This document shows positions 33,635 through 46,445 of a DNA stretch of 64,000 nucleotides, in pieces; the stretch's first letter is position 1; each line of letters begins with the position of its first letter. The stretch spans positions 1 through 64,000 of the forward strand of contig NIVC01003121.1 of assembly GCA_002269645.1 (NCBI GenBank), written 5' to 3'. A program made the translations under genes and the position numbers. This DNA comes from Macrostomum lignano (taxonomy: Eukaryota). The notes beneath the pieces were generated by a model. The model made no database searches, was not told the origin of the DNA, and saw nothing but the letters and a program-made list of their open reading frames with translations.

Positions 33635-35674
33635 GGGGGACCTCGGCACTGGCAAGCAAAAGCTGAAATAAATGCAATTTACATTGCAGTGCGCGCATTT
33701 GCTGTTTTTTCAGGCATTCAAGGTTTGGTTTTTAACTGGAAAGCTTTTGGGGTAGCTTAGAGCCCCGGAATGTTGAAGCGAAATGTCGGAGTTGTTGGCA
33801 ATTTTCATGACGGCTAAAGCGACTCTTTGCTACTTTGCAGATATTCTACTGTCTGTAGATTGAAATGATAATACGTTAATATTTATTCTGCATGTGCAGC
33901 TACATGCGTCAATGCTGTTCTTACCTGCAAAGAAAGACTAGCTTAAGACGCGCACCTCTAGGGGTGTAAAGTTGGTAACTTGCGCTGCTTTCATGCCGTC
34001 GTGTAGGTCTCCGCTATAGGTAGAGAATTCGTCTGTTATCGAGTTTCTGGGTATGAGTTAAAGGTATAAAAATTTACTCCATTCGCGTACACATGGAGTA
34101 GCAGAGGCGAAATACTGCTTAAAATTGCTGGCCACTCTACTGCTGAGGCATTTCCGGTTCCAACAACATCTGTTGATAATCAACGTACTAATTATCGCTT
34201 CCAGAACCTCTCTTGTCCCGTGATCGCACGAGCTGGAATTCTAAACCTTAGTTAGCACGAGCTGGAATATCAAAATGCCAGCAACCAAATGAGGCGAATA
34301 ACTCCCTGACTTAGCGAATGCCAATTCTTTGGACAGAGTTGATTTAAGGCCAATTATTCTGAACGCTTGTTGAATTGGTTGCGTAACCGGCCTGTTTGGT
34401 TTTTGTGTAGGGATTTTTTCTCAACCGAAACTGTAGAGGCACTGTTTGTGGTGCAGCAACCACCACTTCGCACTGTTTGGCATTTCACCTCACCTTCCTG
34501 ACTTCAATGCGCTCATAAGTCTAGCATGGGTTTACTTGGAGGTCGATTAACAAGGAATAAAAAGCCACAGACCAGCATGGGATGAACAAAATGCAGTTAG
34601 GAACTTCAATTTTCTGCACTTCTCGAGCCTCAACTCCGATCAGCGCCTTCTTGAGTCTTTAAGACTAACCAAAAATGTCAGTTAAGTTTGCGTGGACTCT
34701 CACGTAGCTCTCAATGACAGCAGCAGAGAAATTCGCCTAAAATTCACGATTGGTTCAACCTTTTCAATTCGGCCCCCGGCTTTTGCACTCGGTCTGCCTT
34801 GTTGTGTGTGTTTGCAATGCTAATGCTAACTTGTGCCTTGCATCTCTTTTCACAGTTCAGAACTGCGAAATGGGATTAACAATTGTCCCGAAAATTGTCC
34901 CAAATTAAATTGTCCCAATTTAATGTGAAAATTGCGCAGAATGGCAAGGAGCAAAAATACGCAAGGTCCTTCAAACATACGCTTGCATTTTATTTATTAA
35001 AACAGTTGAAAATAGTGATGAAAAATGTAAAGACTTCACTTAGTTTGTGTCGCAGAACGATGCTTAGCGATAGCATGATAAAATCGTCCATTACATGTGT
35101 TTATCGAAATAGCATTTAGTAGACATATTAGTCACGCGCGTTTCGCACAAAAGAGCAAACGAAGGAGAGAGTTAAAGCATAGCACGGATGGTAAAGTGTA
35201 CGCAACAACCCCCCAGCACCCCACACAACACAAACTAAGTCACTACAGAAAAGCTACCGACTTTATTTAATTTTACAAGCGTCTCATAAGCAGCTACTGT
35301 AAGTAGAAGTTAGGGAGTTTTTTAAGAAAAATTTTGCAAACCATTTTACACTAGCCAGACTGCAATACAAAACAATACGAATGAAGGAGCTTTGCAGAGA
35401 TAACTATTGTTGCGTAGTTTTTCACTACAAAGTTAAATTTTCCTTGAAATGATTTACTCAAAATTACTTGCAGACCAAATAGGAACACGTAGTTATACTT
35501 GAAGGTATGTAAGGGATTTAACGTGTCACTTGAACAATGGTCTCCGACTCAAGAAAATTTGAAACGCCGCTACCAGATCTAAAAACCAGATAAAGTAGTT
35601 ACCCAAGTTGAACCTGAAAACTGTAGCAGCTTTCGCCGTGTGACATTAGCTGGAACGGGTTCTACAGGTAAGAA

Positions 35675-37375
35675 TTAGCAGAATCTGCCAATCAAAGCCG
35701 CCACAACCGACAGCAGCAGTGTGGCGGGAATCGAAGGAGAGACAAAACCCACTGAACTGCTCAGGCAGTAGTTCTCCGCCCTGTACGAGCCGACGCAGAG
35801 CGAATACTTGATGACATGAGCAATGTACGACTGCTCATGGGTAGCGTGGAACAGGTGCGACCCGGGACCCCGAGCGTAGATGGGGACGTCCTCTGCGGCG
35901 TGCGATTCGATTGGAAAATTCACAACAGCTTGCTGCTTGTAGTTTTCCTGCTCGGTGTCAACATCCGTGATGTTCGCCCGGGGCCGACCGACCGGTGCGC
36001 CGGGCCCGTCGCCGTAGAACAGGGGTGTGTAAGGAAGATCGTCGAAGCCGAGCGCTTCGCCCTTGCTGTTGAACCTATTGAAATAGGAGAACTTCACCTT
36101 GCCGAAGATTGGCTGGCCTCTGCGACCCCAGCCTCCGATGGAGAACACGTGACTGTGGTCGGCTGTCACAATTGTCAATGTGTCATCCGGTTTCGTCAAC
36201 TCGCCAGCCGCCTTGATGGCCTTTTCGAACGCCAAAAGATCGTGCATCGACTTCTGCGCCAAGTTTTCATGATGGCCGTGATCAATTCGACCTCCTTCGA
36301 CAAGCAGAGCGAACCCGTTCGGGTTCTGACTCAAAATCTCAATCGCCTTTCTCGTCATCTCCTCCAGAGTCGGCTCCTTCCCATCCTTTTGGTTGTCCAG
36401 GTCGTAGCGAAGATGGCTCATTGCGAACAGTCCAAAGTATGCAGCGTTGGGATCCGTCGGAGTGTCTTGCAGCTCCTTGCGAGTCTCCAGGTAGACCGGA
36501 CGACGTCCATAGCCTTCCTGTCGCTGCTTCCATTTGTTGATGAGGTTTACCGAGTCGCTTCGGCTTCCGCTGACGTTTCTTCCAGTAATGGGATCGATTG
36601 TTATTTCGTTCTTTGGTAGAAACTTCAGCCGACCGCCTCCGAATATGACGGTATAGTTGATGGCGTACTCAACCAGCTGCTCGGCAATGTCCGGGCACAT
36701 CGAACGCTCATTAACATTCGGCACGTCGCTGTTCCTTTCCGTGTCGTCCTCCCAGTCCCTTGAAGCCGTGTGCGAGTACGCAGCTCCCGGAGTCGCGTGA
36801 GTGATCCTTGTGGTGGTGACGATGCCGACCGACTTGCCGAGCTGCTGAGCCTCATTCAGAAACGACATCACGTTGCGCTCTTTGAGCTGGGAAGTGCAGT
36901 TGCGACTAATTACCTGCTCGTTCACTCCCATGGTTCCAGACTTGGCCTTCACGCCGCACAGGAAGGCGGTGGCCGTCCCGGCGCTGTCCGGAGTCTGCAT
37001 GTCCGTGTTGTACGTCTTTGAAAGACCAGTGTGTGGGAACCTCTCGAACTCCAGTATCTCCTCTTCGCCGCTGTTTCCTGCGAGCTGACCTTTGAGGATG
37101 CGTCCCACAGTGATCGAAGGCACTCCCATGCCGTCTCCGAGGAAGAGAATGGCGTTCTTCGCTCTGTTCTCCTTGGTCTGGCGCAAGACGTCAGTAGCGG
37201 TCTGCAGGTCCTGCTTGGCTATCTTGGCCCAGTGGCTCGGGTCGGAGCTCTGCCCTGGCTGCGGTCGAGTCTCCGGCAGCAGCTTGATGAAATCGCCATC
37301 CGGAAAGCTTTTGCAAACCGTAGCCAGAAGACTGCCAAGCAGAATGCTCGCTAAGAAGAACTTTGCTTTCGCCAT
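35675..37375 (-). CDS. ALP: Alkaline phosphatase, intact 566-aa mirror copy
   Basis: All motifs present including ESHAAEDVPIYARGPGSHLF; hydrophobic N- and C-termini. Confidence 0.97.
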   Translation of the reverse strand: MAKAKFFLASILLGSLLATVCKSFPDGDFIKLLPETRPQPGQSSDPSHWAKIAKQDLQTATDVLRQTKENRAKNAILFLGDGMGVPSITVGRILKGQLAGNSGEEEILEFERFPHTGLSKTYNTDMQTPDSAGTATAFLCGVKAKSGTMGVNEQVISRNCTSQLKERNVMSFLNEAQQLGKSVGIVTTTRITHATPGAAYSHTASRDWEDDTERNSDVPNVNERSMCPDIAEQLVEYAINYTVIFGGGRLKFLPKNEITIDPITGRNVSGSRSDSVNLINKWKQRQEGYGRRPVYLETRKELQDTPTDPNAAYFGLFAMSHLRYDLDNQKDGKEPTLEEMTRKAIEILSQNPNGFALLVEGGRIDHGHHENLAQKSMHDLLAFEKAIKAAGELTKPDDTLTIVTADHSHVFSIGGWGRRGQPIFGKVKFSYFNRFNSKGEALGFDDLPYTPLFYGDGPGAPVGRPRANITDVDTEQENYKQQAVVNFPIESHAAEDVPIYARGPGSHLFHATHEQSYIAHVIKYSLCVGSYRAENYCLSSSVGFVSPSIPATLLLSVVAALIGRFC

Positions 37376-38083
37376 TTGTTGTTCGCCGTTGGTTTAGTTG
37401 GCACTACTGCACTCGTCAATTTCGTCACTTTCGTGCTCAATCGCGCTTGCTCATTTTTTTCACCCAGCAATTTAGTTTTTTATACCAATGTTGTTGTCCA
37501 CCCGATACCACACCCCTTTCAAGTAGGCCGATATCACGAGCTGCCTTCTTTTTGCTTTCCGAGTCAGTTTCATGCCCGATCACAGGTGACCGCAGCGGGT
37601 GACCCCAGCAGTGACTCAGTAGCATTCAAATTCATTAAAATTTTAGAAAGTTTTTTCAAGGGTATGCTATGCCTTGCGCTGCTTTATCTGGCATTAGCAG
37701 CGACTATCGGTGCGCCGTGTGAATTTTCAACTGTGCAGGTAGTGACTCAGTGAGGTGACTCCAAGAGACTTTCTCTGACTAGAAAGCTTTGAGTTGCTTT
37801 GAAGCTGCAGTTGGCCATCACGGCCATCATGCAAGTTGTCTGTCCAAGTCGTAAAAAATGATTATTTTCGAAGGTCAGATTTCTATTCTACCGTTTCACA
37901 TTGTCATTTCTCGAGTCGACTTTCTTACGAGTAGTTGCAGGGCTGTCGTTGATGAGGACGTTGTTGGGTTTACTACAGAGCCCAGTGGTCTTTCACGGCT
38001 TCATGAGGTTGGGATGCTGGTGAAGGTTATGGTGGGGCGATCGCAGTTGTTAAGGACATAAGGTTTGGAGTTGATGCCAGCAT

Positions 38084-39122
38084 AATAATAATAGCCACGG
38101 GAGTGGCCAAGAGGGGGGAGCGTCAAATCGCGCGTTTCAGAGCTAGGTCTCTAACGTGCTTCACACCCGGCCGCCTGGCTGGGTGCTCGCGCATCTTCAA
38201 AAAGGCGGTCGATGTAGCGGGCTGATCGTCCCTGGCCACGCCTGCGCGGTCCCTGCGGGGTCCACAACAGGACGTCCTGCAGCGGCTCTGGGCAGTAGGC
38301 TTCGGCCCGAATGACATGTCCGGCAAGCCGCAGACGCGGCTGACTCAGCAGGGCAGAAGGCCGCGTCAGGCCTGTGCGCTTGTACAGGGACTCGGTTGTC
38401 TCGCTACCAGGGCCGCGGCGGGCGCCGAAAGCGGCGCGGACTAGGGCCGCATGCGCCGCATCGAGCTGCGCCCCAAGCGCCCCGGTCAGCGTCCAGGTCT
38501 CAGCATTGTACAGCAGGGCGGTCTCAACAACCGCCTGGAACAGCTGGGACCTGGCGCCGTCGGACAGAGCCTCGGAGAGCAGCAACGCCCGCATAGATCG
38601 GAAGGCAGCCCAGGCCTTGCCGCGCCGTCTCGCTAGGTCGTCGCCGATGTCCGGCACCAGTCCGCCGAGGTAGACGAACTGAAGGCACTTCGGGAGCGCC
38701 GTCCCGGGGCCGTCGCCGTCTCGAAGTCGAATCTCGGCGGGTAGATCATGCAGCACCGTCGGCACCTCGGTCTTCCTGGCGTTGAAGACGAGACCGACCC
38801 TCGCCGCCGCCGCAGTCAGGCCGTCCAGCAGCCGTTGGGCGCCTTCGGCCGTCGAAGACAGCAGGGCGAGGTCGTCCGCGTAGCCAAGGACAGACAGTTT
38901 CTTCTCCGGGTGCCGTCTACTGGTGCGCCTTTGCAGCAGAAAGCTGTCCTCTGATGTCGGCAGGCCGGTCCTGAGCACCCAGTCCATCACCAGCACGAAG
39001 AGAAAGGGCGCCAGAGTGTCACCCTGTAGCACTCCGGACGTCGTGCTAAACAGGTCCGACGGTCCGTCTAGCGTCGCTACCGCGGCGGTGGTGTCCTGAT
39101 ACAGCGCCATGATGGCGGCATC
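38084..39122 (-). mobile_element. Mirror copy of the RTE-like fragment, RT frame open
   Basis: ORF 38151-39281 contains the same motifs with TGG (Trp) where the left copy has TGA. Confidence 0.88.
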
Positions 39123-40600
39123 GATGAGTTGAAGAGGTAGTTTTGGTAGCCTCTCTATCACAGAAGACGTCCAGAGAGAGGAGCGGATCCATGAGAATGC
39201 GCTCATAATTACGGGACAGGTGCGGCCTCTGAGTAGATCTTGGTTTGAAGCATGAGCTAACAGTCTGTAGCACTGCCGCATATTGTACTATACAAGCTAG
39301 GGGTTTTATGGTTTAACAGCGGGATCCCTGGTTACTGACCATTGCAATCACCGGTCACTGACCAGTGCAATCACCGGTCACTGACCAGTGCAATCACCGG
39401 TTACTGACCAGTGCAATCACCGGTCACTGACCAGTGCAATCACCGGTCACTGACCAGTGCAATCACCGGTTACTGACCAGTGCAATCACCGGTCACTGAC
39501 CAGTGCAATCCCGGTTACTGACCAGTGCAATCACCGGTTACTGACCAGTGCAATCATCGGTCACTGACCATTGCAATCACCGGTCACTGACCAGTGCAAT
39601 CCCGGTTACTGACCAGTGCAATCACCTGCTCACTGGTCAGTGCAATCACCGATCACTGACCAGTGCAATCACCGGTCACTGACCAGTGCAACCAGCGGTT
39701 TTAGATATCGAGTTCACAGGTTACAGAAATTGAACTCAAACTGGACTCTAAGTGCCAAGGGTTCATACTACTTTCAACCTATTAGAAGATTTTCAAAGCA
39801 GTAAATATCGGACAACAGTGAGCTAAAATTACACTTGTAAACAAAAATTTATTTTTCTCGATTGAAAATTATTGAAGTCAAATGTTAAAACGAAATGAGA
39901 ATTCGTGACAATATATGAATACCTGCATGGTTAATTTAGACTGGACGGAATATTGGATTAGCATTTGAATTTGAATTTATCCTGCGGAAATAGCAGGATA
40001 AGTGAGACGAGTGAGCTAAAGGACGGACGAGAAGCCAGTTGTCTAAAAATATGGCAGACCGAAATTTGTAAGCATTCGTGAGACTTTTGTCCCCACAGTC
40101 CTAAAACTGCTGTGTTTCATCGTATTGAATAGCTTAGCTTGAAAAGAACTCATGTCGCAGACATGGGAATTCCCTATCAAAGACATGGAAATCCCCACCA
40201 AAGACATGGAAATCACAATCAAAGACATAGGAGTACGAGCGTACCAAAAATCACAAACTTGGGAATCCCCAATCGCAGGCGAGGGAATCCCCAATCGCAG
40301 GCGAGGGAATGCCCAATCGCAGACGAGGGAATCCCCAATCGCAGACAAGGGAATCCCCGATCGCAGACTAGGGAATACCTAATCGCAGACGAGGGAATCC
40401 CCAATCGCAGACTAGGGAATTCTTAATCGCAGACGATATCCCGGGTCGCAGACGAGGGAATCCACAATCGCAGACAAAGGGAATACCAAAAAGTCTCTGC
40501 TTTTAGAAATAAAAATCCGACTCGGAAATCCAAACAGTCAATCACGGTAAACTCAAGCATGTGCCGATTGAAGACAAACTTCATCTGCTGGTCTCTCCGA

Positions 40601-42752
40601 TCACCGCAGTCTCGCCAGCTGCAGCCTCCCGCTGCGGCACCCGACGGCCAGCCGTCCATCCTCAGCCGCGGCCATGCTGTACACCGCCGAGTCCAGCTCC
40701 AGCCGGGCCAGCGGCTCCGGCGACGTCTCGCTGGTCACCGCGGCGGGCCATACAGTCAGGCAGCGGCTGAGAGCGCCGGCCGAGGCCACGGTGGATTTGG
40801 CGGTGAACCGGGCGCAGTAGACGTGGTCGGCTGGCCAGCTGGTGAGGGGGGCCTCGCACTGCCTGGCGTCCCAAAGCTGTAGAGCCGAGCCGGCGCGGTA
40901 GGAGCCTGCGGAGCGAATGGTTGGCATGGTTTCAGGGCTGCCAGCACAGGCAAATCAGAGAGTGGGTAATCCCATGTTCACAATCAAATATTCGAGAAAC
41001 CCTGCCAAAGACTGCGTGAATTTCACTCAAAGACTCGAGGAATTTAACCAGAGTCAGGAATCCCTAACAGTGACTCGGGAATCCCCAGCCGCAGACTCGG
41101 AGAATCCCCCAGTCACAAACTCGGGGAGTGGGGAATCCCCAGTCGCAAAGTCGGTAAGTGGGGAATTCCCAGTCGTAAACTCTGGGAATCCTAGTCGTAA
41201 ACTGGGGAAATCCCCAGTCGCAGACTTGGGGAATCCCCAATCGCAGATTCGGGAATCCCCAATCGCAGACTCGGGAATCCCCAATCGCAGACTCTGGGAA
41301 TCCCCAATCGCAGACTCGGGAATCCCCAATCGCAGACTCGGGAATCCCCAATCGCAGACTCTGAGAGACCGTAGCTCACCAGTGAGCACGCGGTCGCCTT
41401 TCACGTCGAGCCCGTCTGGACAGCAGATGTGCGGCCCGGACAGGCGCCTGACGGGGTCGCCGCTGGCCAGGCGGAGGTCCCAAAACTTGACGCAGTCGTC
41501 CCAGCCGGAGGTCAGCAGAAGGCCGTCGGCGTTGAACCTGGCGGCGAACAGGCGAGTGGCGTGGCCTTCGGACAGTCGGGGTCGAGATCCCGGTAACCGC
41601 TGTACTGCCGGACGGGCTGGCAGGTGCGCAGGTCGTAAACTCGGACGCTGCAGTCCGAGCCAACCGTGGCCAGGTGCTCGTCCGAGGTGTCCACTGCTGA
41701 CAGATGGTTGCCCCGCTCGGTGACGACGGTGCTGAAGCCCGGGCTGCTCCAGTCGGCCTTGTAAACGTAGCCGGAAGTGGCGGCGGCCAGGATGACGTCG
41801 GGGTGGCTGCGGATCTGCGGGAAATGCCATTTTATGACAGCATCATCACAGCATCAGCATCATTACAGCATGCTACAGCGTATTACAGCATCATTACAGC
41901 ATATTACAGCATTATTGCAGCATATTACAGCATCATTACAGCATATTACAGCATTATTGCAGCATATTACAGCATCATTACAGCATATTACAGCATATTA
42001 CAGCATTATTGCAGCATATTACAGCATCATTACAGCATATTACAGCACCATTACAGCATATTACATCACCATTACAGCATATTACATCACCATTACAGAG
42101 TCATTACAGCATCATCACAGCATCATTACAGCATCGTCGCAGCAAATTACAGCATCATCACAGAATCATTACAGCATCGTCACAGCAAATTACAGCATCA
42201 TCACAGAATCATTACAGCATCGTCACAGCAAATTACAGCATCATCACAGCATCATCACAGCATCATTACAGCATCATCACAGCATCATTACAGCATCGTC
42301 GCAGCAAATTACAGCATCATCACAGCATCGTCGCAGCAAATTACAGCATCATCACAGCATCATTACAGCATCGTCGCAGCAAATTACAGCATATTACAGC
42401 CCGAATCTCATCGAGTCCCGCAATCGCCCGCCCTCACCCCGCGCACGCAGGCCACCGCCAGCCCGCCAAATGGCTGGTTCTGCTTCACCGTCACCGCCTC
42501 GGCCAGAACGGCCGCCTCGCCGCCCGCCGCGAAGTCAGCCGCCAGGCAGCGAATGCCTTCGGAGCCGGTGCCCAGCACCAGCCGACGGTCGCCGTCAACG
42601 TAGCAGAGGGCGAACAGGCCTTCGTCCTCTGGGGAGCCGGCGATGGACGGCCCAGCCTCCAGCCGGACGGGACCCCGGGGCTGGTGATGCGGCTGCCCGG
42701 CCGAGATTCTGTGCCCAGCCTGCAGTGCGTCTTCCAGATGCTTCTTTGACAT
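40601..42752 (-). CDS. Mirror copy of the WD40 gene; exons 42438-42752, 41380-41814, 40601-40905
   Basis: Reverse complement of 24297-26502; a 1-C deletion at ~41571 is intact in the left copy. Confidence 0.85.
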
Positions 42753-43344
42753 TTCCTGGCTTGCTTGAGTGTTGCTTTTGCCTGGGTCGCTTCTAGCGGT
42801 CTGGCTTCTATACACACCCTCTCTCTCCTTTCTTGCCTGCCTCCAAGCTGGAGCGGTGAGTACAGGTGGGGTGGGGCTTGTTAAACTGAGTAAATGTACA
42901 CCGGCTCCCTTGCCCCACTTTTTGAGGGGCTGATGTGCGCGAGTGACTATCCAGCACTGGCTCTTCCAGTGCCCACCTGCTATCACGTGACTGAGCAATT
43001 TCATTACCAACCCCAGCTCAGCCAGTCCTCATGCCTGGCTCAAGTGGAATTGGATTTGCGACTCAAATTTTACTGTATGCAACCGGGTATCTTGCGAAGT
43101 CTCTGGTGGATTTGCGGATCTCCATCTCGCAGATGAAGGCAATTAAAATCAGGGATCCGTGCGGTGCCTCATCTATAATTCCAGCTCTTACGTAGCGTGC
43201 AGGGCTGCGCGTGATTCCGAGACACTTTATAATTCTCGTCAAAGCCTCAGGCCAGTGCTTAAATTGTACGAGCCTGCAATACGAGCGTACATTCTGTGCA
43301 GGTGTTCAACTGACATCTTTCGGGAAATCTGCACTTTTCTGGGC

Positions 43345-46300
43345 AGCTTCACAAACTATAATCTTCACAAACTATAATCTTCACAAACTATAATCTTCAC
43401 AAACTATAATCTTCACAAACTATAAAAATCTTCACAAACTAGAATCTTCACAAACTATAAAAATCTTCACAAACTAGAATCTTCACAAACTATAAAAATC
43501 TTCACAAACTAGAATCTTCACAAACTATAATCTTCACAAACTATAATCTTCACAAACTATAAAAATCTTCACAAACTATAATCTTCACAAACTATAATCT
43601 TCACAAACTATAATCTTCACAAACTATAATCTTCACAAACTATAAAAATCTTCACAAACTATAATCTTCACAAACTATAATCTTCACAAACTATAATCTT
43701 CACAAACTATAATCTTCACAAACTAGAATCTTCACAAACTACTCGTAGAATCTTCACAAACTATAATCTTCACAAACTATAATCTTCACAAACTATAATC
43801 TTCACAAACTATAATCTTCACAAACTATAATCTTCACAAACTATAATCTTCACAAACTATAAAAATCTTCACAAACTATAATCTTCACAAACTATAATCT
43901 TCACAAACTATAATCTTCAAAAACTATAAAAATCTTCACAAACTATAATCTTCACAAACTATAATCTTCACAAACTATAATCTTCACAAACTATAAAAAT
44001 CTTCACAAACTATAATCTTCACAAACTATAATCTTCCCAAACTATAAAATCTTCGCAAACTTTAACCTTCACAGACTATAATCTTAACAAACTATAATCT
44101 TCACAAACTAGAATCTTCACAAACTACTCGTAGAATCTTCACAAACTATAATCTTCACAAACTATAATCTTCCCAAACTAGAATCTTCACAGACTATAAT
44201 ATTCACAAACTATAATCTTCCCAAACTAGAATCTTCACAAACTATAATCTTCACAAACTATAATCTTCCCAAACTAGAATCTTCACAAACTATAATCTTC
44301 ACAAACTAGAATCTTCAAAAACTATAATCTTCACAAACTATAAGAATCTTCACAAAGTATAATCTTCACAAACTATAATCTTCACAAACTATAATCTTCA
44401 CAAACTAGAATCTTCACAAACTAGAATCTTCCCAAACTATAATCTTCACAAACTATAATCTTCCCAAACTAGAATCTTCACAGACTATAATCTTCACAAA
44501 CTAGAATCGTCACAAACTACAATCTTCACAAACTATAATCTTCACAAACTTTAATCTTCACAAACTATAATCTTCACAAACTATAATCTTCACAAACTAT
44601 AATCTTCACAAACTATAATCTTTACAAACTATAATCTTCACAAACTATAAATATCTTCACAAACTATAATCTTCACAAACTATAAAAATCTTCGCAAACT
44701 ATAACCTTCACAGACTATAATCTTCCCAAACTATAATCTTCACAAACTAGAATCTTCACAAACTACTCGTAGAATCTTCACAAACTAGAATTTTCACAAA
44801 CTAGAACTATATTTACAAACAATAAGATTCACCAGCTATAATATTTACAAGCTAAAATCTTCAGAAACTAGATTCTTTACAAACATCTCAGGCAGTATTC
44901 TAATTAAAAGATTCCAATTTGTGAAGATTCTATAGTTTGTGAAGATTCTAGTCTGTGAACATTCTATAGTATGTAAATATTCTTGTTTGTGAAGATTCTA
45001 GTTTGTGAAGATTCTAGTTTGTGACGATTCTAGTTTGTGAAGATTCTAGTTTGTGAAGATTCTAGTTTGTGAAGATTATAGTTTGTGAAGATTCTAGTTT
45101 GTGAAGATTATATTTCGTGAAGATTCTAGTCTGTGAAGATTCTAGTTTGTGAAGATTCTAGTTTGTGAAGATTCTAGTTTGTGAAGATTATACATGTAGT
45201 TTGTGAAGATTCTAGTTTGTGAAGATTCTAGTTTGTGAAGATTCTAGTTTGGGAAGATTCTAGTTTTTGAATATTCTAGTTTGGGAAGATTCTAGTTTTT
45301 GAATATTCTAGTTTGTGAAGATTCTAGTTTGTGAAGATTCTAGTTTGTGAAGATTATAGTTTGTGAAGATTCTAGTTTGTGAAGATTATATTTCGTGAAG
45401 ATTCTAGTCTGTGAAGATTCTAGTTTGTGAAGATTCTAGTTTGTGAAGATTCTAGTTTGTGAAGATTATACATGTAGTTTGTGAAGATTCTAGTTTGTGA
45501 AGATTCTAGTTTGTGAAGATTCTAGTTTGGGAAGATTCTAGTTTTTGAAGATTCTAGTTTGGGAAGATTCTAGTTTTTGAATATTCTAGTTTGTGACGAT
45601 TCTAGTTTGTGAAGATTCTAGTTTGTGAAGATTCTTATAGTTTGTGAAGATTATAGTTCGTGAAGATTCTAGTCTGTGAAGATTCTAGTTTGTGAAGATT
45701 CTAGTCTGTGAAGATTATAGTTTGTGAAGATTCTAGTCTGTGAAGATTCTAGTTTGTGAAGATTCTAGTCTGTGAAGATTATAGTTTGTGAAGATTCTAG
45801 TCTGTGAAGATTCTAGCTTTTGAAGATTATAGTTTGTGAAGATTATAGTCTGTGAAGATTCTAGTTTGTGAAGATTCTAGTTTGTAAAGATTCTAGTTTG
45901 TGAAGATTATACATGTAGTTTGTGAAGATTCTAGTTTGGGAAGATTCTAGTTTTTGAATGTTCTAGTTTTTGTAGATTCTAGTTGGTGAAGATTCTATAG
46001 TTTGTGAAGATTATAGATTATAGTTCATGAAGATTCTAGTTTGGGAAGATTCTAGTTTTTGAAGATTCTATAGTTTGGGAAGATTCTAGTTTGTGAAGAT
46101 TCTAGTTTGGGAAGATTCTAGTTTTTGAATGTTCTAGTTTTTGTAGATTCTAGTTGGTGAAGATTCTATAGTTTGTGAAGATTATAGATTATAGTTCATG
46201 AAGATTCTAGTTTGGGAAGATTCTAGTTTTTGAAGATTCTATAGTTTGGGAAGATTCTAGTTTTTGAAGATTCTAGTTTGTGACGATTCTAGTTTGGGAA

Positions 46301-46445
46301 GATTCTAGTTTTTGAATGTTCCAGTTTTTGTAGATTCTAGTTGGTGAAGATTCTATAGTTTGTGAAGATTATAGTTCGTGAAGATTCTAGTTTGGGAAGA
46401 TTCTATGGTTTGTGAAGATTCCATAGCTTGTGAATATTCTAGTAG
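43345..46445. repeat. Mirror copy of the internally inverted 16-bp satellite (pivot ~44884-44905), ~3.1 kb
   Basis: Same unit and pivot; longer than the left copy. Confidence 0.95.
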
